Source of the DNA: Kondoa subrosea
Lineage: Eukaryota
Length of the DNA: 64,000 bases
Assembly (NCBI GenBank): GCA_039545335.1
Contig: BCIN01000002.1
Location: 1,005,118 to 1,069,117 of the forward strand
Direction: 5' to 3'
Shown here: positions 24,104-37,597 of the stretch, one piece after another
Layout of the letters: each line of letters begins with the position of its first letter
Position numbering within the stretch: the first letter of the stretch is position 1
The notes under the pieces: generated by a model
What the model saw: the letters and a program-made list of their open reading frames with translations, nothing else
Told to the model about the DNA's origin: nothing
Database searches by the model: none
Translations under genes and position numbers: made by a program

Positions 24104-27100
24104 TTACTGCTGAACACGCGCAACCAAATCACCAAGTACATCCTTCCGCTTGTTTGCCCCGCCAACTTGTTTTTCCAGAGATCTGAACAAGGAGAATAAG
24201 GCTTATTTGAAGCAATAGACGGCATGTACTGACTTGACCTGTTCCAGCAATTCTGCAACGCGCTCTTTGCCACCTTGCCGTTCTCTCTTCGTCTTCTCCT
24301 CTGCCGAACGACATCGCAGCTCCAGCTCTTTCAATCTTGCTTCCCAACGCCCTTCAGCCGTAGAAACCTTCTTCCGAGCCTCTTCAAGTTTGTCTTCTGC
24401 CAGCTCTAGCTGCGCTTGTGTTGCTAGCAAACGCTTCTCTGCTGTGGAGGCTCTGGCGCTCAGGGCTTGAACTTTTGAAGCTGATCCAGGTTCCCCACTG
24501 CCAGAAGTGACGCGACCCTTCAGTGCAGAAATTTGGGCCTGAAGTTCGGCGATAGTATTCTGTCCACCGGCCCATGCCATCAGATAGAAGGCTATGCGAA
24601 AGGCAGGAGAATTCACCTTCGCTGTTTCCGTCTCTTGCTGCTTCATAGCTACTCGATGCTTCCATGACCGCTGGACATCAGCAGCAGTTTTAATAGCTGC
24701 TTCAAAGCGGTCTAGCTGCCTCATTCGCGAATCATATTGGCGTTTTAAGGATCTGGGTAGCAAGATCTCAAAGGCATATGAGACTCGACGGCAGCAGACT
24801 TACTCGTACTTCTCGCCTGTAGCTGCTTCAACTTCCTTGATGCGACGATCAAATGTATGACGCAGGGATATGACCTGTTTCAGGCGAGCTAATAGCAGAT
24901 CGTGGAAAGCGACGAAGTTTGATGAAGGTTTAGGATCGGCAACACCGACGCGTCGCTACAGAGAATATCAACAGGATATTACTTGGCTGGTCGAGCAGAC
25001 GTACTGGCGTTTTGTCGAGACCGAGCTTTTCCAGCATTTGACCTATAGTCTGCAATAGACTGTTGCGATCCGCCAATTGCTCTTTGTACTGCGATTCACT
25101 TTTCCCATTCGCTCTCGCATCTCTTGAGCTCTGCGATTCTACCAGCAATGCCCGATCTTTTGCAGACATAAGACCGGATTTCGCGTCATCCAATGACTGC
25201 CGCCGAATATAGCTCAGCTGCGCATTGAGCACATCGGGATATGGGCTGACTTTAGATGCCTGGTCAAGCTTTTGTGTAAGTGCGAGGCGAGTCTGAGTCG
25301 AGGCTGCCAATTGAGCGGAAAGATCTTGAACTTCAGCCGTCTGAAAGTGAAGTTCTTCAGATCTGCTTGCGGTCGGTAAAAAGTGATACTCACAAGACGG
25401 GAGATGCGATCTTCGGCGCTTTCAACAGCAAGCTTAGCAAGATCCAACTCGCTTTTTGAATTGGCCAGGTCACGGCGCAGCCGCTCGACTTCGAGTTGTA
25501 GTGACGATCTATCGTTGACATGTGATTGGCCAAGACGTTTCGATTCGCCTTCAATCTTGCGTAGAGCGGATTGAACCTTGTCCAAATCTGCTTCGCGCGT
25601 TTCGAGTTGGCGCTTCGCTTGATCAGCCGAGGAATTTGCTTGAAGCAGAGCCTGTGATGTCGCGTTAGAAGTCTTTGCACCAATACAAAATCAGCTCTCA
25701 CTTTATTCTTCGCTTCGATCTCTTGCTCGTGTGTACTTTCGAGTCTCTTTAGCTTCTTGTCAATCTCCTCTTTCGCATCTTCTAATCGATTGCGCATCTG
25801 CTGTTCGTTTCTAAGCGCGTCGGCCACCTCTTTCTCCCTCGCAAGAGCATCGTCTAGCTCGTTACGCAGGTCGTTGGCCTCGGCTGCAGCATTGTTGAGT
25901 CTGGATTTGGTTGTAGTGTATTTCTACCCCAGAGACAATGAGATTCCGAGATACCGCGGCATCGTGATCACACTGACCTCTTTCAAAGCTTCAACTTTGC
26001 CATCATATAATATCTGCTGATTTTCAAGGTCTCGATCCGCAGTTTGAAGGTTGCCGCTCAGATCAGCTACGTAATTTTCCTTTGCTTCGAGTTCCTCTTC
26101 AAGCTCTTGTATCCGTGCGCCGTGCTACTGCAGATTAATTGTGCGAATAGGCGAGGATGGAAGAGCTTACCTTGTTGATGTCGTCGACGGCACCATCAAG
26201 CTCATCATTGAGAGCATTGATCTCGTCATCCTTGACTTGTACTTCTCGGGCGAGTTGTTCGATCTCATCTTCGGCTTCTCGCAGACGGTCCTGGAAGTTG
26301 CCTAAGTGCTCTCCGGCAGCCTTGAGCTCTCGTTCTCTTTCATGCAGCAGCTATAATTGCGTCCTTAGAGTAAGACTAAGATCCAAAGGACTGGATTGGA
26401 AACGGACCTCTCGAGCTTCGTCCCTCTGGCTCTTGGCATGCTCTATCTCAGCTAGCCAATTTTTCCGCTGATTCTCGACGTCTGCGTCACGTTCATCGCC
26501 ATCTCGAAGCAGATCTTCAATTTCGGCCTCTTTCCGCTCCATTTCAAGCATGATAGAAGATGTCTTATCGCGATAATGATTGATTTCCTGAGGATTGTCA
26601 CGATCAGTCACATTTTGAAGAGACACAAAGAGCGAAAAATAATTGAAACTCACATCCTGCATCTGTGTAATTCGACTGCCCAAATCACCAGTAGCAGCTT
26701 GAGCATCCAAAGCTGCACCGGAAGCATGTTGCACGCTAAGTTCTGCTTCTAGTTCCTGGTTCTCAGCTTTCAGGTTCTCTATATCGTCGAATAGTCTTTC
26801 CTTTTCTGCATTTCGGATTGACAATTGCGCTACATGAGAGTCGAGCTGTTTGAGCAGTTGGGCATTATCCTACAGATATAATGATCAGACTCAAGGCCAA
26901 TGCGAACGGTAAGAGCCCACCTGTCTAAGGTCTTCAATCTTCCTTTCAAGTGATTTTCGGGATCTAGATCTTCCATTCTCATCATCCGCTTCCCGGCCAT
27001 CACTCGAATGTCTAGATGCTCGACTACCAGCACTAGATCTCAAATCCGTTCTCCTCAATCGACCTTGAAGATCTTTGTTCTGATACATGAGATCTTCTTT

Positions 27101-28484
27101 GGCTTCTCTTTCCGCTTCCAATTCATCTCTCAATCTAGAAATCTCAGCCTAGACCATCCTTGCTTTAGCACAGGTTCTGGCCTAGGTGTAACGGGAGAGG
27201 AAAGACATACTCGAGCATCTTCACTTTCATAATCCGCTTCGGATCTAGCATGTTTGCTTGAACCCGTAGTAGTAGTACCTGAACCAAGTTGTTTGTTCAA
27301 AGCATCAATTCTTCCTTGCATCTCTTCTTTAGCAGACCGAAGTTCTTCTTCCAATTCAGAAACTCTTTCGTTCCCTCCTATTGCAGAGGAATCCCTTTCG
27401 GTTTGTAAAGTTTCGACCGCTCTGTTGAGTTCTAAGCACATGCGTTTGTGTTTCTTCAATTCTGTAAATATCATCTTCATTCTAGCGCAAACATTGTGCA
27501 GGAAGGAATATGACACTTACCTTGTTGCAAAGTTTGAAAATCTACTTTGAGCTCAATATTTTCTTTCAAAGCGGAATCAATATGTTCGGGTGCTAGTTTG
27601 GCTAATCGTTCTTCAAGGAAGTAAATCTTGAGCTTCAAGGAGAAATTCTCTTTTTTGACCAAATCGATGACCTGTAAACGTGAATGAGTGGATTGCAATT
27701 TCTCAATCTCAGGACTGCAGAATACCTTCTCTTGTTCCCTCAGTGTTAGGGTCTGTCTGTTACTCGTTTGACTGCTAGCTACACCTGGAGCTGTAGATGA
27801 AGTAGTAGAAGCTGCAACCGATGCATTGATTATAGCACGACCAGGTCTTCTACCACCAGTCTTTCCATTAGCAGCGAATTTAGGAGGAGGAGGCATCATT
27901 CGAGCATCTTCTTGAATTTTGGCTTGTTTGGGAGTTAAGACTGTTTCATCTTCTTGCGACGGTTCTTCCTCTCCCTCTTCTTCTTCGTCTTGAACCTCGA
28001 GTCGCTGCTGATCTTCTTCTTCTGGATCATCCGAAGCGTTCAATTGTGAATCCAAATCACGTAAATTGGAAGAATTGCCATGCGTATCGTTCGTTTCTTC
28101 AACAGCACTGAAAGCAGAAGTATTGCCAACCATAGCAGAAGTAGTTTCTCTTAATCCACCTTTATTTGATCTCCCATTTGTGGATGTAATAAGACCAGCA
28201 GCATCTTTAGTATTTCTTCGAGCGATATTGACATTGTTATTGTTGGATACACCGAAATCCTCAGATTCAGTAGAAGAACCAGAAGCAGCAGATACTCTTC
28301 GGTTCCCTCTTTGTGCTAGATTGTCGTGTTGTTGTTGTAGAGCAGCATCCCGTTCTGCGCTGAAATCAGGTAACTCCTCCTCTGATAGCAGATGTAATGA
28401 GTTGGCGAATGTGTTTGATGCTTGAAACACTTCGTCGTCGCTTGACCCGCTAAAATCTGAGCTCAGGAATGCCTGGCTAGTCAT
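24104..28484 (-). CDS. Centrosomin/Mto1-like coiled-coil gamma-tubulin-complex recruiter
   Basis: CM1 motif LTLREQEK|VIDLVKKENFSLKLKIYFLEERL; long coiled coils; C-terminal RWEARLKELE..AEEKTKRERQGGKERVAEL resembling the Mto2-binding region. Confidence 0.85.
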
Positions 28485-28622
28485 TTGCCACGCCTTTGTG
28501 TATATGTGTCTGTCCGCGTAGGGGAAGAGTCTAGCTTGCTGAGGGTATCATCCGAATCTCGCGAGTTTGCTTGTTTTGAACAAGAGTTGCGGGTTTCGAT
28601 TCTCATCTACGACCTGGTGTCT

Positions 28623-29962
28623 ATGCAAGATGGTAGCTCCCTAACGCATCTACCTGACAAGCGTTTACGCGCTTTCTTACTCAAAGGCGGTCTAACAACT
28701 TTCCATGAAGCTCTCGCTTGTCCTCCGACTGCTTTGATTCAGCGAACAAAACTTTCAGCTCCAGAAATAGAGAAATGTGTGCAGTCGTTAGCTGCGTGTC
28801 GGATGCCATCGAGCAGTACCGTTTTGGACTTATGTAATGCTTCACCAGAGCAATTGTTGAAGAGTGGTGATGAGCAATTGGATGAGCTCTTAGGCGGAGG
28901 CATTAGACCTGGCACAATCACAGAGTTTGTCGGTGCTGCGTAAGTTCTTCTACCGTTGATGACACCACGCCTGCTCCAATTGAATTGACGACACAGTTCT
29001 GCTGGCAAGACTCATTTGGCTCTCCAATTCTGTCTCCAAGTTCAGGTTCCGCTTGAAGAAGGAGGTCTAGCCGGAAGTGCCGCTTTCCTTTCTTCTGAAG
29101 GTCGCTTTCCTGCTGGTCGGTTGTTGCAACTCGCTCGAGCTAATCTGCCTGAATCCAAGTAAGATAGCTATCGATTGGTGCAGAACACTACATCTGACAC
29201 TGTAATTTCAGACAGCCTGATACAGTGCTAGACAATGTTTGGTTGGCTACATGTACCGATCTAGAAAACTTGGAACATACCGTCTCTTACTTTATTCCAC
29301 CTCTGGTCGATTCCCTCTCTTCTTCTTCTCTACCACTCCGACTTCTAGTAATCGATTCAATTGCAGCACCAGTTCGATCAGAATACGCTTCTTCTTCCTT
29401 ATTACAAAGAGGCAAAGATCTATCTTCCTTCGGTCAACGACTTAAACTCTTGGCTGCTAATTCTAATCTAGCTATAATAGTAATCAATCAAGTTTCAGAC
29501 GTCTTTTACACTCGATCTTCTCAATCATCAGCAACAAGAATGGATTCAGATTCCTTCTTACAACAACAACAATCCTCAACTCAAAGATCTCCTTTACCAA
29601 ACGGTTTCCTATCGCACGATCTCAATTTAAGTTATGCTAGTCAATCTGCTTTCTTTGCTGCGGATAGGAATAACGCTACCAAACAAGCTGCTTTAGGTTT
29701 AGCTTGGGCTAATTTGGTGGATATTAGAATTATGTTGAGTAGGAAATCTAGAGGAAGAAGAGATGTTGCTTTGGTTTTCTCACCTTTCGCTTCTGTTGGA
29801 AGTAGGGAATTCAAAATCACCATGAAAGGAATCGAAACGGTTGTTCAAGAGGAAGTACCAATGCAGAATGAAGAAGGGGAAGAAGAGTTTGATGAAGAGA
29901 GTATGTGGATGAATGTTTCTGATGCGGATATGTTGGCTGCTTTGGAACAAGAGGCTTTGTGA
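28623..29962 (+). CDS. Rad51 paralog, Rad57/XRCC3-like
   Basis: SGDEQLDELLGGGI..ITEFVGAA|SAGKT (Walker A), SSEGRFP, LLVIDSIAA (Walker B), VINQVSD, ALGLAWAN. Confidence 0.88.
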
Positions 29963-30111
29963 GGGTTTTGAGTTGAATGATAAGGGGTACATGTACAGGT
30001 TGCAATTTGGGTAAATAGAAAGAAGTTTAAGTGTGCTAAAATACAAACATAATGACTCAAGCAGCGTGACTGCCAACATACAAATACATAAAGATCCTCT
30101 TCGATTACCAT

Positions 30112-30868
30112 TCACGCGCATTCTTTCAGGCCGAAGCTATTGAAAATGTCATTTAGTGCGGAACACAGAGTAGATGAGATGGACGTACGTGTTCTCGCCT
30201 GTAAGGTCCGAGACAGAGGAAGATCAGCTTGATCGTCTTATGTTTCTTCACCTTACCTGAATATGTAACATATCTGTTGACAGGAATGAGCGCAATACTA
30301 ATAAGGCTCAAGACAACTCACAGGAACCCATCTTCATCTTTGTGTTCCTCGTAAATAGAGCTCATCAAAGCTGCTGTAGGCGGCAGCACTTCGTCCACAA
30401 AGATGAATATAGCCTTTTCAGGAGCTAACTTGATCCGCTTGCGAATGACATAAACGAATTGACCGCTGTCAATCGAAATGCGCTTAAGCACTATAGACGT
30501 GCAGTGCATAACCCTCGACTAACACTGTTAAATCACTTGGTACAAGATACTTCTTCTTGTCGATAGTAGGGATGTCCGTCCTGTCGGCTTTCTCGCATAT
30601 GACCTGTACGCAACCTCACAAATCAGCACACATCGTACCAGATCTGATTGAAGACGTACAGGTATGCGGTCCGCGTATTTCTGACGAATGCGTTCTGCTT
30701 CTGCCTTGCGCTTCTCGAATCTGTGCACTCGAAGGCAGCTAAGCATATTATGCTTGCAGCTGTAGGGACGACGCACGGGTGCTCATCCTTGAACTGTTCC
30801 GCACAAGGTTGAGTTTCAGCGCAGTCAACATTGAGATTATGCTCGTTGAGGCAGACCTTGGATCGCAT
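30112..30868 (-). CDS. ATG8: Autophagy ubiquitin-like protein Atg8
   Basis: Spliced [81 protein letters not shown]. Confidence 0.97.
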
Positions 30869-31214
30869 GGTGCTGTGATTATATTAGATGGGAGGATATA
30901 GGGCGTTGCTAGCTGGATAGGGCTCGAGAAGTTTGATTCAAGGTCGTGACGAGTAGACAAGGGGTGATTGTCACGGAAGTGTCGGATTCCCGTGGCGTAG
31001 CATCTGAAGGTGCTGAAGACAAACAGAGAGTCAAATGATATAAGGTATCTATTCTCTTGCAGACGCCCATCTAGTACACAAGCTCCCCAGGATTCTATAA
31101 TAAAACATCTATACGACCATTGAATAGCATTTAAGAGGACAAAGATCTGATCTTCAAGTAGCTGTGAGACTATTATGAGAATACGGGACTATAAGTAAGA
31201 AGGAAGACGTGCAC

Positions 31215-31460
31215 ATCTGCCCTGATCGTTCGCGCCAACAGAGGTGGAAAGGCATACCAAGCCATGAAGGATAACATGAATGACAGCCAAGAGAAGAAGA
31301 ACACTCGACCATATCTAACGAAATGACATTTCAGTATGGCTGAATTAATTGGCCTGCTACCATTACGACACTAAGCTGTCAAGCGGATTGAAGATAGGTA
31401 AACTCTGTGCCTTCAAGTTGCGAGGACTGATGGGAGGATGTGAGAGGCAGGATGTAATGG
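31215..31460 (-). pseudogene. 5' fragment of a high-affinity nitrate transporter (NrtA/CrnA, NRT2 family)
   Basis: [53 protein letters not shown] matches the recalled CrnA N-terminus; rest of gene absent. Confidence 0.75.
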
Positions 31461-31620
31461 CGACGCGGAAGACAAGAAGTGTTGCGCCGAAACAGAAACA
31501 AGAATGAGAAAAGCAGAACCAGTTGTTTCGATCATATCCTGCTGAGGTTGGATCAGACGCAACAATGCTAGCGATGTCATTGAACACACTCACTAGTGTG
31601 ACCTGATACCGCCAATACCG

Positions 31621-32713
31621 CTAATCGCTCTCTTGACGCAAAAAGTCGTTCATAATTTCCGCTCCATGATCGAAAGTTAACCAAAAATGATCAGCACCTT
31701 CGAATACTTTGAAATCCGCTTTTGAGATCTTGTTCGCCAGCTCTCTTCCCATAGATAATGGTGCAAATACATCCTTATCACCCCAATATAGCTTGACTTC
31801 GCCAGTGATGTCTTCTGGTGCAAAGCCCCAAGGTGAAGTAAGAACTTTGACCTCAGCTTCAGTCGTCCCTTGCCGCCAATGCTCTCGTAGTGATGCATCC
31901 AATGTATGACGATCTATTGACCCTTTTCTAAAAATATGTTTAGCACGCTCGCCAAATCCTTCAATCATTGAATCCAAAAGAGCATCAAATTTGGTCGGAT
32001 CAGGATTATGTATGGCTGAGAGAATATAGTATCTGATCAAAAGTTGTTGTACTTTGGGAAAGTATCTTGCTGATGACCAGGATAGGAATTGTGTATAACT
32101 TGCTGCCGAGAATCGGAAGAGAGAGAATTCGCCAATCCCAGCTATAACAGCTGTACTTTGTAATCGAGATTGAGGTAATCTATAAGCTGAGGCTAGAGCA
32201 TATGGTCCTCCAGCTGAAGATCCAGCAACGTAAAATTTGTCGATATTCAGAGAATCTGCCAATTCTAGTACTTGACAAGGGAAGTCCAAAAGTTCTCTAC
32301 CAGGTTGCGGAGATGATAATCCTATACCAGGTCGATCGATTCCAATCATACGGAAACCTAGTCTTTGACTTTGAATTCGCCAATCAGCAATTTCTAAACG
32401 AGATGAAGGGTTGCCATGAAAGAAGAAAATGTTCTTTTGAGAAGTTTCTGGTTCTATAGAAGAATATCCAAGAGTGTGCCCGCTGGCCAATTTCATAGTC
32501 TGGTTATACTGAGGAAGAGAGAAATCGACCAAGTCATTTTGTAAGCCCGCTCTGTTTGATGTATCGCGCGTTTTGAGAAATCGGAATGAGTTCGGAATCT
32601 TGGGATACTTCTAACGAAGGTCTCAGCAGTATATCAAAAGCATAACACGGACTGACAATATTTCCACTCATACGATATCTCGAATGAGCAAATCGAGTAC
32701 TGCTGACGAACAT
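31621..32713 (-). CDS. Alpha/beta-fold hydrolase
   Basis: FFFHGNPSSRLE, IDRPGIGLS, GSSAGGPYAL (GxSxG), WGDKD, ADH; upstream exon MFVSSTRF..MSGNI splices in frame (start uncertain). Confidence 0.85.
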
Positions 32714-32894
32714 GACTGCTCTGAGAGTGCAGGAGTTACAATATACATCCAAGAGAAAAAGCTTTAATTGTCTGCCGAAAGCAAACGCGATCTTGCGGGG
32801 AAAAGAGCGGAAGAACAGAAATACAGACATGAAAAAAGTCAAAGAGAGTTGAAGTATTTACATGCAGGAGTGTTCATATTGTACGAAACAAAGA

Positions 32895-33997
32895 TCATTG
32901 GCTGAAAAACTGCATCTTCGAAGTCCTTTATTCCCAGTCGTTAGTGATTGGATAGATGTTCCGGTAATGAACCTACTCAAGTCGCGCAAGGATGACAAAC
33001 CAAGCGACAGTAAGCTGTATGACTTGTCAGCTTGTTGCTCAAATGGAAGAATCTAGAAAACTGACTGAGAAAATCGCAATATCGCGCTGCAACCAATTAC
33101 TGTGCTGCAGCACCCAATCCGCGCTTTGCAAAGCCAGGATAACAGTGATATACATGAAGGTAAGGATCAAATAGCCCGAAAGCCTGTCAGACACACTTTC
33201 AATTGGATTTCGACTGTATAACGACAGACTAACCGATGCCATTTCCAGAGACTTTTGGCTCTCGATACACCTAGTAGCTTCTGCCCTGGGTTCCGACCGA
33301 TAATGAGGCCAAGTAGAGCTTGGAAAGCGATCAAAGAAACAGTCTGTATCTATATTAGTAACCGGACACCTAGAGCAGAAAGTGAACGTACAATGATACC
33401 AAACAAGCCATGGTATGAAGTGAAATGAGGTGCATTGTGTAGTTTCTTGTTATAATAGATGATCGAAACGCCAGCGACCCCTGACCAAAGAATCGAATTC
33501 AGTCTTTGGGCGATAGATAGGTCAAGTAAATTTAATCCACCTGTCAGACTACCGAGAATCTGTAGAGTTTGGTGCAAATCCAAACCACGCTTCTTGTTCT
33601 GTCAGAGAGTTAGTTTAATTACGTCGCGAATGACCAGGAAACGCGCAATTGGGCCCTTCGTTGGCTGCAACAGCAGAATCCCTTGGGACAGAAGCAGTAC
33701 AGCGAAGATCTGTAAAGTGGGACTGTATGGAATGTTTAGGCGCTATGCAAGTAGCTATACGCTGTACCTACTGATAACTGAATAGGCCTGTGTCACAATA
33801 TAAGTGATGCCGTCTCGAAACACAAGGAGGCGAGATCGACCTGCTGGATTTGACCAGACGATATAGAGCACGATGATTGCAGTGCCAATGAGCCCGATCT
33901 GGGTGACGATCTGTTTGTCTACTTCAGCTGGCTGATGCGTAAGAGGCAAAGCGGCAAAGCGACAGACGGCACTGAGATTATCGCCTAGACCAGCCAT
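32895..33997 (-). CDS. Cytochrome b561-domain membrane protein
   Basis: LFSY|HP, LHQTLQ, HFTSYHGLFG, WKWHR|LSGY: conserved heme His positions with TM helices. Confidence 0.8.
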
Positions 33998-34412
33998 CAA
34001 TTTAGAGTAAGACTTAGCAGGCTGTTCTGCTTCTTGCGAATGCCTGAGGCAATCGATCAACATTCGAATGAATCTCCGCATCATTACTTTCATGCACAAC
34101 TCACTGATCTTGTCCAAGTAAAGGCTGTTGCTCAGTAGATTGCACTTCAGACATGCTCCACTGAAGTCGGGTTGCAGAAATGCACAGTGCCAGACAGGGT
34201 GCTGGTTCTCGGACAAAATATATTATTTTCGTCTCAAACGTCGAGCTCGACTTGTGAGGCCGCGCAGTGACACAGTCAGAAGCACTCTAATAAGCAAGAT
34301 TACACATCTTCACACGCGCGCGAGTCATTCGTGTCTCAAGATTCGGCAAAAGGCTGGCTCAACTCGAACAAGCAATACCAACCTGTCTCCCTCGTTGTGA
34401 CCTTGCGATAGA

Positions 34413-37410
34413 ATGGACGTGATCTTGACTGCACCAGGCAGTAGTCTGACTTTACCGCTTGAATTGCCAGTCGAGAATTGCACAAGCCGAGATATTGAAG
34501 AAGCGGTTAAGGATGGATTGGAATTCTTTGGCTTGCAAGGCAGCGCGAATCAGTACCGTTTAACATTCACGGATGCTAAAGGTAGACAAGCTGGTCAGTC
34601 CCTATTTTCACGAGCGAGTGATAGAGCTATTCAGATGTTTATTGTCTCTGTACAGGTCTGATTCCGCGCAATGTCCGTCTTGCTCTTGCTTGCTATTTCA
34701 GTCATACCTGATATATTCAATACAGCGATCTAAAGTAGAAGAAGACGCTGTAGTAGTCCTGACTCGGATTGAACAAGCTCCTGCCGTTGTTGTATCAGTA
34801 ATTTCTACAGCCAAAAAGGCTACTGCTCCTCCTGTAGCAAGCACATCCAAACCAAAATCAAGTCCTATCATATCAAAGAAAGAAGCACCAAAGAAATCAG
34901 CTGAACCTTCTTCCACTTTAAGAGTTACTTCGAAACAAGAAACCCTCAACCGAGAAATATTGGAACGTAATGCTGAATATGCAGCTCGTTCTGCCAATAA
35001 TAAGAAACCTCAATCTACTCCTCCTGCGAAAAAGAATCCCATCAAGAAAGGAACCACCACAACTGCTGCTGCTGCTACTTCTACGAAACAATATGACTTC
35101 TGGGCTGATCCTGTCGTTCCTCGTGCAGCAATGACTAAATCACCTGCTGAATCCACTCGAAGTGGATCTACCAAGATAGTCAAGAAACCTAAAGCATCAT
35201 CATCATCAGCAAATAAGAATGGGAAGAGAAGAGCTCCGGAAGTCAAGAGTGAACCGAAACCTAAACGACCAAGAAGGAGTATCGAAAGCCCTGATTCGGA
35301 TGATGCTTATCCCTTGCGTCGACGTCGCTCAAGTACTACTACGCCAGCTCCAGCTAAAAGAGGTAGAAGAAAGAGTCAACCAGTAGCTTTTGATTCTGGG
35401 TCGGACGATGATGAAGAGAAGAGCAGAGATTCGGATTTGACAGATTTAGAAGTGCTTGGAGAGACTGCAGAACCTAATGAACCTGGACCTGGTGAAATGG
35501 TAGAACGTGCAGAGAATCGTGATGCACCAACGTATGCGGACCGCTTAAAGCATGGTATTTGAAGCTGACTAGCTGATGACAGTGCGAACCCATCTTATCG
35601 AGATTCCTGGTCTATCAAGATCTGGGCTGATACTGGTGTAAGGTCAATCTCATCTGCCTTACAATCTCCCTTAAGTGTATAGCGCAGATGAAATACTTTT
35701 CCAAGAAGCGAAGAATCGATTGCATGAGTCAGTAATTGCGCATTTCTAGCGAATGTTGAGCTCATTCTTGGTTCCAAAGAATGTGGTGCACATCTAACGC
35801 CTATGAGCAATACAGCTGCGCCTAAAGATGAGAGCGTTCTGGCGCATTGGCCGAAATGTAGCATGGTCCTGGTTGGCGGTTTGACAGAGGAAAACTTAGC
35901 TGCTCGGGCAAAGCTTGTAGATGAGGAAGCGAAATGGCCAGATCTTCTTGAGGTGTGTTCAGCCGAAGTACTTGATGACATGAGTTTTGAAGGTGGTATG
36001 TAGGCACGTCGACTAGCTAAGAAACAAGAAACTGAGGCTATCAAGGCTGCAAGAGAGGCCGAGAGGAAGGAGCGCCTACGTCTGAATCCGCCTACGCGTA
36101 AGACTTCCTCCCATATCCCTCTTGCAAGAAGTCTGATGCGCTCAAATATAGCCAAGCCGCCAAAAGTACATACACCTGGCATTCAAAGGGAACACAGGGT
36201 ACAAGGCATCTCCGCCAATGGTGGTACTTATGAGTAAGTAGTTTTCAATGACGCTTCTTGCATTTCTCAAGTTCTGTCTGTTTTGCAGTATTATCCTCGC
36301 TTGGGAAGGTGAGGGAGACTCTTAAAGATTATATAAAATGCTGATTCTTTCTTGCAGGCAAAAGCTGGTCTCTCGGTGATGTGAGGCATTACTCTGCACC
36401 GTCGTTTTGCTTTTCTCTTATGTGCTCACAGATTGCCAATCTCAACACTATATTCGATGTCAAGACGGTTGTGGAAGACTATTACCAGGCAAGTCAGCGC
36501 TCAAATGCTCTAGCAGCATCCGCTCACGCTTCGGTCTTCTTGTAGTCGAATGGCGTCAGCAAATGGGACGTCCATGTGCTTGAAGGCTCTCGAGTATGCA
36601 AAGGTTCGTTCCGGCGACAGCAGCTAGCTCAGTTCGGCTCATGTGTCCTGTCAGACGACGAAACTCTGGACTCTTTTGAACGCAGCGGAGTCGACAGAGC
36701 TACCAGACTCTCAATCTTCTATCGAACCTGCTCAGTAGCGGATGGCTTATCGATCACGGTTGAATATGCTGCCGACCTGGACGACGAGAAGCCTATATAT
36801 CTCTCAGGTGTAGATGGAGCGTACGTCCTTCAGTACAGCGCTTTCGCCTACATCATTGATCTGCCCAGTCGTAGTGCTAATTTGCTCAGTGTCTGGGATC
36901 GTTTGGCTGATTATAGCAATGATATACGGCCGACGGACTATCGATTATCTCTTGGTGGTCAACCTCTCTTCGCCGATCAGCCATTAGCAGAACTTCATCT
37001 TCGAAGAGATCAGCATCTTGTTCTGCATCGCAATACTCCCTGCAAGCTCAAAATCAATTATATTAACCAAGCTGGCTATGGCGATTCGATGGATCTAGAA
37101 AACTTGTCTCGCGATATCTCCATCATGCACCTTAAGTTGCTTCTGAGCAGGCAAGTCGAGGTCTCGCCGCTGCGCCTCAATTTGCGCATCCGCCAAAATT
37201 CGCAAGCTTCAGCAGAGTGGAAAGATCTCGGATATAGCGGTTCTCCTTCGAATTCAAGCACTATCGCAAAGGATCAAGCGGATCAGGAGAAGAAGGACAG
37301 GGCTAATGTGAGCTGATTTTTTATAGCCATCTGCTCTGTGCTAACACCAGAAAAAGGTGTTTTCTTTCGTCTCGAATAACGGAGAATTGGCTTTGAACGT
37401 ATTGCACTAG
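34413..37410 (+). CDS. Orphan multi-exon protein: basic/low-complexity middle, C-terminal ubiquitin-like domains
   Basis: Splice-linked ORFs 34413-35562, 35803-36100 and 36546-37308; NLS-like KRR/KRPRR clusters; DYRLSLGGQPLFADQPLAELHLRRDQHLVLH resembles the ubiquitin C-terminal half. Confidence 0.65.
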
Positions 37411-37597
37411 TGTGTTGTAGAATTGTATATCAGACGCATCAGTGTGAATTGCCTCATTGACTACACGCTGTACAATGCGCAATACTACATGTACAAACCC
37501 GTCTGATCACATTCAGCGAGAGAAAGACAGCAACAAGACTTGAGCAGTGGCGCAGTAGTGATGCATGTCTGATCGATTCGAGTCACTTTAATGCAGT

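Noticed and set aside
35595..36182. 195-aa minus-strand ORF
   Set aside because: Antisense shadow of the plus-strand orphan exons
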